From positions 320,002 through 384,001 of the forward strand of contig CAWFUO010000006.1 in assembly GCA_963819095.1 (NCBI GenBank): 64,000 nt of DNA. The letters are read 5' to 3'. This document shows positions 1 to 8,953 of this stretch, piece by piece. How positions within the stretch are numbered: the stretch's first letter is position 1; the number at the start of each line of letters is the position of its first letter. The translations under genes were made by a program, and so were the position numbers. This DNA is from Candidatus Dormiibacterota bacterium. GTDB lineage: Bacteria > Chloroflexota > Dormibacteria > Aeolococcales > Aeolococcaceae. A model generated the notes under the pieces. The model was not told the DNA's origin and made no database searches. It saw only the letters and a program-made list of their open reading frames with translations.

Positions 1-77
1 CCGTTCCCCGGTCAAGCGGCATTGGTGCCACAAGCTCCTAAACTTGCCCCAGCTACGAACCCCCTCGTGAGGACTGT

Positions 78-746
78 ATGGCGCTGAATCCGTACGAATC
101 GCCGCGAGGGAAGATGCGTGCTCGCGCCGAGACGACGAGACGTCAGTTCCTGATACTCATGGGCTGGGTCGCCGCAGCCGGCGCGAGCCTGTTCGGCGGC
201 ATCGAAACGCTCAAGTTCATGTTCCCCCAGGCGTCGGGCAACGCACCCGCGCTGTTCAAGACCTCATTCACATTCGAGCAGCTCACCGGGGGCGTCGTCG
301 GCGGCAAGGCCACCACCCCGGTGAACGTCCTGTCCGAGACCGACAAGCGCGTGACCGTCGTGCTCGACGACGCGGGCATCTACGCGGTGTACCTGGTCTG
401 CACGCACCTCGGCTGCACGCCGAACTACGTCACCGACGTCACCACCGGCTCCGGCGTGTCGCCTTCGGTGGCGGAGGCTCGTGGTGTCCGCACGGCAAGC
501 CAGCGCAGCCCCAACGGATGGGCGTGTCCATGTCACGGCAGCCGCTACTTCATCGATTCGACGAACTTCTACGGCCCGGCTCCGCGGCCGATGGACTGGG
601 TCAACATCGAGGTCACCCCGGACGGGTTCTTTGCGGTCGACCGGGCCACGCTGGTCGCGACACGTGGCCCTGGCAACAACGAAGCGCCAGAATGGCGCCT
701 GCTGGTCAGCACGCAGAAGAGCAATGGCAAAACTCTCGGGGTCTAA
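78..746 (+). CDS. qcrA: Rieske [2Fe-2S] subunit of a cytochrome bc/b6-type complex, Tat-exported
   Basis: Cluster-binding boxes CTHLGC and CPCHGS. Twin-arginine-like TRRQFL followed by a hydrophobic segment. First gene of the Rieske / cyt b / cyt c operon. Confidence 0.9.
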   Translation: MALNPYESPRGKMRARAETTRRQFLILMGWVAAAGASLFGGIETLKFMFPQASGNAPALFKTSFTFEQLTGGVVGGKATTPVNVLSETDKRVTVVLDDAGIYAVYLVCTHLGCTPNYVTDVTTGSGVSPSVAEARGVRTASQRSPNGWACPCHGSRYFIDSTNFYGPAPRPMDWVNIEVTPDGFFAVDRATLVATRGPGNNEAPEWRLLVSTQKSNGKTLGV

Positions 747-800
747 ACACCCTCGGGGTCCAACGAGGAGGCGGGCAACGCGAATGAGGGGTCTCGGGAC

Positions 801-1532
801 GTGAGCGCAACCCCCGGTCAGGCAAACCCAGTCCGCGCGTTTGTCGCGCAACTCTGGGGATCGGTCTTCCGCCACGGGCTGCCCACCAACGACAAGGTCG
901 CCGCACGCACAGCGCTGACCAACTTCTTCCTGCACATCCACCCGGTGCGGGTCAAGAAGTCTGCTGTTCGCGTCTCCTACACGCTGTGCCTTGGCGGCCT
1001 CTCGTTCTTCCTCTTCATCCTGCTGACGATCACCGGGCTGTTCCTGATGTTCTATTACATCCCCTCGGTGGACTCGGCGTATCAGAACGTCAAGGACCTC
1101 CAGTTCGTCGCCGTCTTCGGCGACATCATCCGCAACATGCATCGCTGGGCGGCCCACGCGATGGTGATCACCGTCTGGCTGCACATGGCTCGCGTCTTCT
1201 ACCAGGGCGCCTACAAGCCACCGCGGGAGTTCAACTGGGTCATCGGGACGTTCCTGCTCCTGATCACGCTGCTGCTCTCGTTCTCCGGCTACCTTCTTCC
1301 CTGGGACCAGCTCGCCATCTGGGCGATCACGGTCGGCACCAACATGGCCAAGTACGCCCCGATCGTGGGGCCCTATACCCGATATCTCCTGCTCGGTGGC
1401 GATCAGGTAGCACAAGGTGCTCTGATTCGCTTCTACGTCTTACACGTCATCGCCTTACCCTTGATCGGCTTCTTGCTGATGGTCGTACACTTCTGGCGCG
1501 TCCGTAAAGACGGGTTCACAGGAGGCCTCTGA
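801..1532 (+). CDS. qcrB: cytochrome b6-like subunit (N-terminal four-helix cytochrome b)
   Basis: GTG start. Typical cytochrome b N-terminal sequence ([31 protein letters not shown]). About 240 aa, as expected for split b6-type proteins. Confidence 0.9.
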   Translation: MSATPGQANPVRAFVAQLWGSVFRHGLPTNDKVAARTALTNFFLHIHPVRVKKSAVRVSYTLCLGGLSFFLFILLTITGLFLMFYYIPSVDSAYQNVKDLQFVAVFGDIIRNMHRWAAHAMVITVWLHMARVFYQGAYKPPREFNWVIGTFLLLITLLLSFSGYLLPWDQLAIWAITVGTNMAKYAPIVGPYTRYLLLGGDQVAQGALIRFYVLHVIALPLIGFLLMVVHFWRVRKDGFTGGL

Positions 1533-2095
1533 TGGCAACTGTCGTCGAGGGAGGACGCGACCCAAGCGGAGCGGTCACGCCGCGTCCGCGCCGGCAGGCG
1601 CCCGTCTCCGGACCTGAGCTGGCCAACACGCCGCTCGTCATCCGCCGTCGCGAGGACGAGGAGACGGTGGTCACGTTCCCCTACCTGGTATGGCGGGAAT
1701 TCCTCGCCGGCCTCGGTGCCTTCGTGTTCCTGCTGCTGGTCTCGATCCAGGTCAACGCGCCGCTCCTGCAGCGCGCCAACACCTCGATCACCCCGAACCC
1801 GGCCAAGGCGCCGTGGTACTTCGTCGGCCTTCAGGAGCTCCTCGAGCGCTTCCCCCCGATCATGGCCGGCGTCGCGTTCCCGAGCTTCGTGATCATCTTC
1901 ATGATCCTGACCCCGTACCTCGACCGCAATCCGAGCCGCCGTCCCCAGGACCGCAAGGTGGCGATCGTGCTCTTCACCATCTATGTGTGCCTCGCCGTGG
2001 CGTTCGTCGTCATCGGCGAGTTCTTCCGCGGTGAAGCCTTCAACTGGGACTGGACCCTCATCCTCGGACACCCTGGACTGAGCTCTCCCGTATGA
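1532..2095 (+). CDS. cytochrome b C-terminal part / subunit IV-like protein
   Basis: ATG overlaps the upstream stop (TGATG). PEWY-box variant KAPWYFVGLQELL. Three predicted TM helices. Confidence 0.85.
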   Translation: MATVVEGGRDPSGAVTPRPRRQAPVSGPELANTPLVIRRREDEETVVTFPYLVWREFLAGLGAFVFLLLVSIQVNAPLLQRANTSITPNPAKAPWYFVGLQELLERFPPIMAGVAFPSFVIIFMILTPYLDRNPSRRPQDRKVAIVLFTIYVCLAVAFVVIGEFFRGEAFNWDWTLILGHPGLSSPV

Positions 2096-3099
2096 GGACT
2101 CGTCTCATCTTCGTGGGCCTCAGTGTCGTGCTCCTCGGCCTGGTCGCCTGGGCGGCATTCAAGGACTCGAGCGCCCGCACATACATCACGATCCAGGAGC
2201 AGTACCAGAAGGACTATCCGCAGTCGGACTTCAATGTCCAGGTCCAGCAGCTGTTCCCGAGCTTCCCGCAAGCGACCATCGAAGGCGACACCTATCGCGT
2301 GGAGCGCTGCATCTCCTGCCACGTCCCCGACATCGGCACGATCGGACCGGTGGAAGCCGCCAAGCGTTTGAGCCAGGACTTCTTCAAGTACGAGCCGAAC
2401 GCGAAGCAGCTCGCGGCGGAATACCACCTCACCGGCATCCATCCCGCATACGTCAGCCCAACCGGCAGCAACTATCCGCCGTCGATGAGCTATGCGGCGT
2501 ATGGCCAGGATGGATTCACATCATTCCAGTACACGCCCTACTCCGCGCCGGGCGCTCCCGCGGCCGCCCCTGTGACAGTGGAGCAGCCCGGATTCCTCCC
2601 AAGCTTCGTCGATCCGTCAACCAACTACGGGAGCACCTCGGGCACGCCAACGGGGAACCTGGGGATCGACCAGATCGGCTGCATCGTCTGCCACAACGGC
2701 AACCGGCTCGGCCTCGACGAGACCGACGCGCACCAGAACCTGATCGTCAATCCCGCGTACTCGTTCACCGAGGGCGCGCAGCTCTATTACCAGAACTGCG
2801 CGCGATGCCACGGCGGTCAGGGCGAGGGCGGCGCGGGTCCGCCCCTCAACAACCAGGACCGCCTCGGGTACTTCAACGAGGACTACTACTACCGCTGCAT
2901 CGAGTACGGCTTCACAGACTTCGAGCACGTCGGCAGCATCATGCCGAACTGGGGCGGGATCGCCAGCGACTGGAATCCGACCGCCAACCCCCCGGGTCCG
3001 GGCGCAGTGCTCAACACGAAACCGGTTCTGACCCAGGCGCAGATCAATATCCTCATCCAGTTCATTCGCCATTGGGAGAACTACACCACCCTTCCATGA
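2092..3099 (+). CDS. membrane-anchored c-type cytochrome with three CxxCH haem motifs
   Basis: ATGA overlap with the upstream gene. N-terminal TM anchor. Motifs CISCH, CIVCH and CARCH, the last followed by a class-I-like GGAGPPLNNQ segment. Confidence 0.8.
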   Translation: MRTRLIFVGLSVVLLGLVAWAAFKDSSARTYITIQEQYQKDYPQSDFNVQVQQLFPSFPQATIEGDTYRVERCISCHVPDIGTIGPVEAAKRLSQDFFKYEPNAKQLAAEYHLTGIHPAYVSPTGSNYPPSMSYAAYGQDGFTSFQYTPYSAPGAPAAAPVTVEQPGFLPSFVDPSTNYGSTSGTPTGNLGIDQIGCIVCHNGNRLGLDETDAHQNLIVNPAYSFTEGAQLYYQNCARCHGGQGEGGAGPPLNNQDRLGYFNEDYYYRCIEYGFTDFEHVGSIMPNWGGIASDWNPTANPPGPGAVLNTKPVLTQAQINILIQFIRHWENYTTLP

Positions 3100-3109
3100 G
3101 GACACCACA

Positions 3110-3235
3110 GTGAAGCGGCGCAGCACCTTCGCACGAGATCTGATCGGCACCCTGCTCGTGTTTTTCGGCCTGCTCGTCTTCACGTTCATCCTGATCTACG
3201 GCGAGTTCCTACTCGAGAACTTCAAGGCGCACTGA
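3110..3235 (+). CDS. 41-aa single-TM micro-protein (possible small subunit of the bc-type complex)
   Basis: Below the ORF-track cutoff and read manually. GTG preceded by GAGGA at 7-nt spacing. Translation VKRRSTFARDLIGTLLVFFGLLVFTFILIYGEFLLENFKAH. Third codon positions almost all G/C, as in neighbouring genes. Confidence 0.35.
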   Translation: MKRRSTFARDLIGTLLVFFGLLVFTFILIYGEFLLENFKAH

Positions 3236-3238
3236 GCG

Positions 3239-3373
3239 ATGCCCATACCTTTGCTTGCTGAGCTGTACCCGGGAGAAGCCGGCTGGGGCGACGTGCTCTT
3301 CGTCGCCATCTGGTCCTTCGGCACGCTGTTGCTCGCCGCCTACTACCTCTACCGGGCCTTCGTCGGGCGATGA
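3239..3373 (+). CDS. 44-aa single-TM micro-protein
   Basis: ATG lies 3 nt after the stop of the previous micro-ORF. Translation MPIPLLAELYPGEAGWGDVLFVAIWSFGTLLLAAYYLYRAFVGR. GC3-rich. Weak SD. Confidence 0.3.
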   Translation: MPIPLLAELYPGEAGWGDVLFVAIWSFGTLLLAAYYLYRAFVGR

Positions 3374-3424
3374 GGGGGACCGCACTGCTGGGCGGCCACG
3401 CCCTCTGGATGTGTCGTCGCGCCA

Positions 3425-3814
3425 GTGATGGCGTCTGAGGCGGGAGGGGTCAGCCCCCTGCGCCGGCCCAATCCCGGACTGGCCGCCGGGTTGTCGATCG
3501 TCCCAGGCCTCGGCCAGCTCTACACGGGGCATCCGCGCAAGACCCTCTATTACTTCGGCTGGACGGCGTTCACGATCGGTCCGGCGGTGCTGCTGATCAT
3601 GGCCGGCCAGTCGATCGGCCACTCGCTGCTCACCCACGGGTCGGGCGCGCTCTTCCTGCTGATCGCGCTGGTCTCGGTGTTCCTGTTCATCGGCCTCTTC
3701 CTGGCCGGGCTGTTCATCTGGGCGAGCTCGATCATCGACGCCTACCAGAGCGCCCAGGCGCTCGCGGCGGGCGACGTCGAGCGAGCCGCGCAACGCAGGA
3801 CGTTCCGGCTGTGA
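3425..3814 (+). CDS. hypothetical multi-pass membrane protein
   Basis: 129-aa ORF with a PGLGQLYTG motif followed by hydrophobic segments. GC3-rich. Same strand, inside the respiratory cluster. Confidence 0.5.
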   Translation: MMASEAGGVSPLRRPNPGLAAGLSIVPGLGQLYTGHPRKTLYYFGWTAFTIGPAVLLIMAGQSIGHSLLTHGSGALFLLIALVSVFLFIGLFLAGLFIWASSIIDAYQSAQALAAGDVERAAQRRTFRL

Positions 3815-4011
3815 GCGCCAAGGCCCCGAAGTCCCTGCTCGGACGCCTGCGCCGCCGACAGCGGTCCGCCGCCACCGGCGAGGTGCTGCCCGACCCGTCG
3901 AAGCCGCCGGGCAACCGCGGCTCGTGGGATTCGGCTGCGCTGATCAACACCGACATCACCGAGCTGGTGAAACGCCAGATCAACACCAAGACCAAGATAT
4001 GGCAGCGCTGA
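3811..4011 (+). CDS. hypothetical basic 66-aa protein
   Basis: GTGA start/stop overlap with the upstream ORF. GC3-rich codons. No recognisable domain. Confidence 0.35.
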   Translation: MSAKAPKSLLGRLRRRQRSAATGEVLPDPSKPPGNRGSWDSAALINTDITELVKRQINTKTKIWQR

Positions 4012-4090
4012 CGCCGGCGAAGCGAATCAACGCCCCAGGTGGCTCGGATTGCCCGCCTGAAGGCCGCTATGCGATCATCCTGCGTCGCGG

Positions 4091-4885
4091 ATGAACCTGC
4101 TCGCAGCGTCCACCTGTTGCGTCAACAACGCCGGAGCGTTCGGCGATGGCGGCACGATCAGCGATAGGGCTCTCGGTGTCTACACCGCCGTGTTCTGGGC
4201 GTCGGTGGTGCTCGGCGTCATCGTCACCGGGCTGCTGCTCTATGCATTCGTCAAATTCCGCCGGCGCAGCGATGATGACGATCCACCGCAGTTTCATGGC
4301 AACACGCGGCTCGAGATCGCATGGACGCTCGTCCCGCTGGCGACGTTCCTCTCGCTCTTCGGTCTGACCGCGGCGAACATGCCTTTCATCAACAACATCC
4401 ACACCGGTACGCAGTACACCGTCACGGTGATCGGACAGCAGTTCAGCTGGACGTTCGATTACGGCGCGAGCTCAAGCGGCAAGCGCATCCGCAGCTTTGG
4501 CACCTTGTATCTGCCCGAGAACACCGATGTCGGGCTCAACATCGTATCGACGGATCCGCCGTGCGACGCAAGCCCGTCGGTGCCGTCCGGAAGCACGCTC
4601 GCGGCGGCGATCTCCAATGAGGGATGCGGCGTCAACCACAGCTTCTTCGCCCCGTCGTTGGGACAGCAGATGAATGCCATCCCCGGTGACGTCAATACCG
4701 CGCCGATCGAAGCTCGTCAGGGAACGTACTACGGACAGTGCACCGAGCTCTGCGGCGTCGGCCACGCCAACATGACGTTCGAGGTCATCGCGTTGCCCAT
4801 GAACCAGTTCCAGTCGTGCGTGTTCGGGAGTCCCAGCGGCTCGATCGATCCGACCAGCAAGTCGTGCACTCTCGGAGGGTCTTGA
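4091..4885 (+). CDS. ctaC: cytochrome c oxidase subunit II (CuA subunit, no fused cytochrome c domain)
   Basis: Two N-terminal TM helices. CuA ligands in VNHSFF and CTELCGVGHANM. Confidence 0.9.
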   Translation: MNLLAASTCCVNNAGAFGDGGTISDRALGVYTAVFWASVVLGVIVTGLLLYAFVKFRRRSDDDDPPQFHGNTRLEIAWTLVPLATFLSLFGLTAANMPFINNIHTGTQYTVTVIGQQFSWTFDYGASSSGKRIRSFGTLYLPENTDVGLNIVSTDPPCDASPSVPSGSTLAAAISNEGCGVNHSFFAPSLGQQMNAIPGDVNTAPIEARQGTYYGQCTELCGVGHANMTFEVIALPMNQFQSCVFGSPSGSIDPTSKSCTLGGS

Positions 4886-6576
4886 TGGCGGTCATGGACG
4901 CGACGCTTCCCCGGACGCGATTCGCCCGCGTCGACAAGTCGAAGGGCATCCTCGGCTGGTTGACCACGGTCGATCACAAGCGCATCGCGATCATGTATCT
5001 GTTCCTGACCTTCTTCTTCTTCCTGGTCGGCGGTGTCATGGCCCTGCTGATCCGCATCCAGCTGGCCGAACCGCAGAACACATTCCTCACGCCCGAGCAG
5101 TACAACCAGATCTTCACGATGCACGGGACGACGATGATCTTCCTGTGGATCATCCCGGTGTGGGCCGGGTTCGGCAACTACATGGTCCCGCTGATGATCG
5201 GTGCGCGCGACATGGCGTTTCCGCGCATCAATGCACTGTCGTTCTGGCTGCTCCCGCTCGGCGGCATCGTCATGTATTCGGGCTTCCTGGTCCCCGCGAC
5301 CACGCACGCCGGCCTGCTCTGCCCGGGTGGTCCGGGTGACGCGGGATGGACCGGGTACGTGCCGCTCACCGGGAGCCACTACAGCTGTAGCATGGGCCAG
5401 GACCTCTGGATCATCGGGCTGCACCTTGTCGGCATCTCGTCGATGCTCGGCGGCATCAACTTTCTCGCAACCATCCACAACATGCGCGCCAAGGGCATGA
5501 CGTGGGGACGGCTCCCGCTCTTCGTGTGGGCGCAGGAGATCACTGCCGCGCTCGTCGTCCTCGCCTCACCGTTTCTCGCCTCCGGCCTGGCGATGAACCT
5601 GCTCGATCGTCAGATCGGCACCAACTTCTTCGACCCGGTCAACGGGGGCAGCGCGCTGCTCTATCAGTTCGTGTTCTGGTTCTACTCGCACCCGGCGGTG
5701 TACATCATGATCCTGCCCGCGTTCGGGATCATCAGCGAGATCATCCCGGTGTTCAGTCGAAAACCGATCTTCGGGTACAAGGCGATGGCGGCGTCCATCG
5801 CCGCGATCGCCGTGCTCGGATTCATCGTGTTCGTGCACCACATGTTCGTCACCGGTCTGCCGCTCGTGGTGCAGACGTTCTTCGCCTTTACGACGTTCGT
5901 GATCGGCGTGCCGACGGGGGTGAAGATCTTCAGCTGGCTTGCCACAATGTGGGGAGGGAGCATCAAATTCGACACGCCCATGCTCTTTGCCTGCGGCTTC
6001 TTGTTGATGTTCCTGATCGGCGGTATCGACGGCGTGTATCTCGGGAGCCTGGCCGTCGACCGGCTCGTGCACGGTACCTACTGGGTGGTGGCGCATATCC
6101 ACTATGTGCTGTTCGGAGGCAGCGTCATGGGCGTATTCGCCGCCTTCTATTACTGGTTCCCGAAGGTGACCGGGCGATTCCTCAACGAGAAGCTCGGCAA
6201 GCTGCACTTCTGGTTGATGTTCATCGGCATCAACCTGACGTTCCTGCCGATGCACGCCCTCGGACTGCTCGGCATGCCGCGCCGCATCGCGACATATCTC
6301 GACAACCGCGGGTGGGGCGATCTCAACTCGTTGATCACCTTCGGCGCCTTCGTGATCGCCATCTCGGTGACCGTGTTCATGATCAACTTCGTGATCAGCA
6401 TGCGGGCGCCCAGAACGGCGCCGGACGATCCGTGGGAAGGCAACACCCTCGAGTGGGCAACATCGTCGCCACCCCCTGCATGGAACTTCGACGAGGAGCA
6501 GGAGGTGCTCAGCCTGCGTCCGGTGCGTGACAAGCGCGTCGCTCGCAAGAAGGCCGCGTCGGGAGCGCCGGCGTAA
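4885..6576 (+). CDS. ctaD: cytochrome c oxidase subunit I (haem-copper oxidase, A-type)
   Basis: TGATG overlap with ctaC. MAVMDATLP...TTVDHKRIAIMYL N-terminus. Conserved WFYSHPAVYIMILP and HHMF motifs. The ORF-track start at 4738 is an upstream in-frame extension inside ctaC. Confidence 0.95.
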   Translation: MAVMDATLPRTRFARVDKSKGILGWLTTVDHKRIAIMYLFLTFFFFLVGGVMALLIRIQLAEPQNTFLTPEQYNQIFTMHGTTMIFLWIIPVWAGFGNYMVPLMIGARDMAFPRINALSFWLLPLGGIVMYSGFLVPATTHAGLLCPGGPGDAGWTGYVPLTGSHYSCSMGQDLWIIGLHLVGISSMLGGINFLATIHNMRAKGMTWGRLPLFVWAQEITAALVVLASPFLASGLAMNLLDRQIGTNFFDPVNGGSALLYQFVFWFYSHPAVYIMILPAFGIISEIIPVFSRKPIFGYKAMAASIAAIAVLGFIVFVHHMFVTGLPLVVQTFFAFTTFVIGVPTGVKIFSWLATMWGGSIKFDTPMLFACGFLLMFLIGGIDGVYLGSLAVDRLVHGTYWVVAHIHYVLFGGSVMGVFAAFYYWFPKVTGRFLNEKLGKLHFWLMFIGINLTFLPMHALGLLGMPRRIATYLDNRGWGDLNSLITFGAFVIAISVTVFMINFVISMRAPRTAPDDPWEGNTLEWATSSPPPAWNFDEEQEVLSLRPVRDKRVARKKAASGAPA

Positions 6577-6589
6577 CGCCGGTGATTCC

Positions 6590-7579
6590 GTGATTCCAGC
6601 GCGGCCGTCGGCAGGCTTCCGCCGCCTCGCGGTGTGGACGGCAGTGTTGACGTACCTGCTGATCGTCTGGGGTGGGATCGTGCGCGTCAGCGGCAGTGGC
6701 AACGGATGCGGCACCAGTGACCAGTGGCCGCTGTGCCACGGGTCGCTGCTGCCCGCGTGGCAGATCAACACACTCATCGAGTTCACCCACCGCTGGATCG
6801 CCTCGATCTGCACACTCCTCGTGATCATCCTCACGGTATCAACGTGGATCTGGCATCGCCATCAGCGCAGGATCCTTGTCGGCACCAGCATCGCGGCGGG
6901 GCTGTTCGCGGTGCAGATCGCGCTCGGGGCGCTCGCCGTCGAATACAACCTTCCCGGTGGCGTGGTGATGATCCATCTCGCCAACGCGCTGCTGTTGTTT
7001 GCGGTGCTCATCTACGTCGCGCTCGTGGCGTGCACGGTGGGGACCGCGGCGCGCAGCCCGAGCCTCTCAGCTGCAGTTGCGCAGACCGTCAAAAGACCGG
7101 TGATCATCGCGGTGGCGGCCACGTACCTCGTGGCCATGAGCGGCGCCTTCGTGGTCGAGACCAACTCGGGAGGAGGGTGCACCAGCTGGCCGCTCTGCGG
7201 CAGCGGGTTCTCACTGCCGTCGGGTCAGGCTGCAACCATCAACGTCGCCCATCGCGTTGTCGCGCTCATCGTTGTGCTGGCCCTCGGCGGTCTCATGGCC
7301 GTGATCGCGCGCCGGCGTCGGGGCGACCGGGTGGTGCGCATCGGCGTCATGGCCGTCAACCTCCTGCTGGTGCTGCAGGTTGCCGCAGGCGCGCTGGTGG
7401 TGCTCCTCGGTCTGCCCGCATGGGTTCGTGGCCTCCACATCGCGCTCGCGTCGTTGCTGTGGGGCGCGGTGGTTCTGGTAGCGGTCACGAGCACGATCCC
7501 GCTGAATGAGACCGTCCCGGCCGCGGCGACCAGGCGTGGGGACGCTTTGAGACCGCAGGCCAAGGTGGCGCAGTCATGA
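6590..7579 (+). CDS. ctaA: haem A synthase (COX15/CtaA family)
   Basis: Multi-TM protein with paired Cys/His motifs (GNGCGTSDQWPLCHG, GGGCTSWPLCG). The GTG at 6590 avoids overlap with ctaD, so the start is uncertain. Confidence 0.8.
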   Translation: MIPARPSAGFRRLAVWTAVLTYLLIVWGGIVRVSGSGNGCGTSDQWPLCHGSLLPAWQINTLIEFTHRWIASICTLLVIILTVSTWIWHRHQRRILVGTSIAAGLFAVQIALGALAVEYNLPGGVVMIHLANALLLFAVLIYVALVACTVGTAARSPSLSAAVAQTVKRPVIIAVAATYLVAMSGAFVVETNSGGGCTSWPLCGSGFSLPSGQAATINVAHRVVALIVVLALGGLMAVIARRRRGDRVVRIGVMAVNLLLVLQVAAGALVVLLGLPAWVRGLHIALASLLWGAVVLVAVTSTIPLNETVPAAATRRGDALRPQAKVAQS

Positions 7580-8484
7580 CCGTTGCAGTCAGTCTCGACG
7601 CTCTTCCGCGCCGCCGCATCGCCGACGTCGCACGCGATTACGTCGCGCTCACCAAGCCGCGCGTGATCCTGCTCCTCGAGGTCACCGCCGTCGCCGCGAT
7701 GGTGATCGCCGACCGCGGCTGGCCGGGGTGGCGCCTCGTCCTGCTCACCGTCGCCGGCGGCTGGCTCGCTGCATCGGGCGCCAACGCCATCAACTGCTGG
7801 TTCGACCGCGATATCGACCAGACCATGGGACGCACACGGACCCGGCCGCTGCCGTCGGGACGGATCGAGCCGCGTCAAGCGCTCGCGTTCGGGGTCGTGC
7901 TCGGCGTGGCCTCATTCGGCCTGCTCGCGACCACGGTCAACGTCCTCTCGGCGAGCCTGGCACTGATTGCGTTGCTCTTCTACGTGTTCGTCTACACGAT
8001 GTGGCTGAAACGGTCCTCGATGCAGAACATCGTCATCGGGGGTGCGGCCGGCGCCATCCCACCTCTGGTCGGATGGGCGGCGGTGACCGGGAGCCTCGAC
8101 ATCACGGCGGTTTTCCTCTTCGCCATCGTCTTCTACTGGACGCCACCGCACTTCTGGGCGCTCTCGCTGCTGCTCAAGAACGACTACTCCCGGGCGGGGG
8201 TCCCGATGATGCCGGTCGTCCAGGGAGACCGCCAGACCCGCTACCAGATCGTGCTCTACACGATCGTGCTCTGCCTCGTCACCGTGCTGCCGCTGCTCAC
8301 GGGGTCCTTCGGCGCGGTCTACCTCGGGGGTGCCGCGGCACTCGACGGCGTGCTGATGACCGACGCGGTGGTGGCCGCCCGGCGCCCGACGGCGCGCTCG
8401 GCACGCCGGCTCTTTTACCATTCCATGATCTACCTGGCTCTGCTCTTCGCGATCATGGCGATCGACCGCGTGACAGGGCTCTGA
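7576..8484 (+). CDS. ctaB: protohaem IX farnesyltransferase (haem O synthase)
   Basis: UbiA-family motifs (NCWFDRDIDQTMGRTRTRPLPSG, YWTPPHFWALS). ATGA overlap with ctaA. Confidence 0.9.
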   Translation: MTVAVSLDALPRRRIADVARDYVALTKPRVILLLEVTAVAAMVIADRGWPGWRLVLLTVAGGWLAASGANAINCWFDRDIDQTMGRTRTRPLPSGRIEPRQALAFGVVLGVASFGLLATTVNVLSASLALIALLFYVFVYTMWLKRSSMQNIVIGGAAGAIPPLVGWAAVTGSLDITAVFLFAIVFYWTPPHFWALSLLLKNDYSRAGVPMMPVVQGDRQTRYQIVLYTIVLCLVTVLPLLTGSFGAVYLGGAAALDGVLMTDAVVAARRPTARSARRLFYHSMIYLALLFAIMAIDRVTGL

Positions 8485-8497
8485 GGAGGACGCACCG

Positions 8498-8617
8498 GTG
8501 AACCGAAAGCTCGCCCGCAGGAACATGCGCATGGGCGTCGCCATGTTCATCATGCTGTTCATCCTCATGGGTGCGGCATTCGTCTGGGCGGCGATCTTCC
8601 TCGCCGTCACCAAGTGA
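8498..8617 (+). CDS. 39-aa single-TM micro-protein in the oxidase cluster
   Basis: Read manually. Strong GAGGAGGA SD 7 nt before the GTG. Translation VNRKLARRNMRMGVAMFIMLFILMGAAFVWAAIFLAVTK. GC3-rich. Confidence 0.4.
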   Translation: MNRKLARRNMRMGVAMFIMLFILMGAAFVWAAIFLAVTK

Positions 8618-8627
8618 GCCGGCAGTC

Positions 8628-8891
8628 ATGAGCGACGAGACGGTCGCGACCGCCACCCACGAAGAAGCCGGCGAGCACGAGCACCCGCATCTGCCGCCGC
8701 CGAGCGCCGTGCCGATCAACATCGCGCTGGCGCTTGCCATCACGCTCACCGGGTTCCTCACCGACATCCGGGCGGTCGTGGGGCCGGCGATGTGGGGGAT
8801 CGGCCTGATCTATCTCATCATCACGTGCGTGTTCTGGGCGCGCGGGGCGAGAGCTGAGTACCTGGAGCTCCCGGAGGACGGAGGGCACTGA
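8628..8891 (+). CDS. small two-TM membrane protein associated with the cytochrome oxidase cluster
   Basis: The ATG at 8628 is in frame within ORF 8571..8891. His-rich N-terminus HEEAGEHEHPHLPPPSAVP followed by two hydrophobic helices. Sits between ctaB and ctaG. Confidence 0.5.
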   Translation: MSDETVATATHEEAGEHEHPHLPPPSAVPINIALALAITLTGFLTDIRAVVGPAMWGIGLIYLIITCVFWARGARAEYLELPEDGGH

Positions 8892-8953
8892 CGGCACACC
8901 TGGGGTTCGGCGACTGGACGTGGGATCCCACCGTCATCTGCGGCCTGGTTGCG

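Noticed and set aside
264-1415. 383-aa ORF on the minus strand antisense to the Rieske and cytochrome b genes
   Set aside because: Its composition is Arg/Asp/Gly/His-rich and low-complexity, as expected from the complement of GC3-rich codons. The plus-strand genes carry unmistakable motifs. It is a shadow ORF.
5566-6834. 422-aa minus-strand ORF antisense to ctaD
   Set aside because: It has the same shadow-ORF character, and ctaD on the plus strand is certain.
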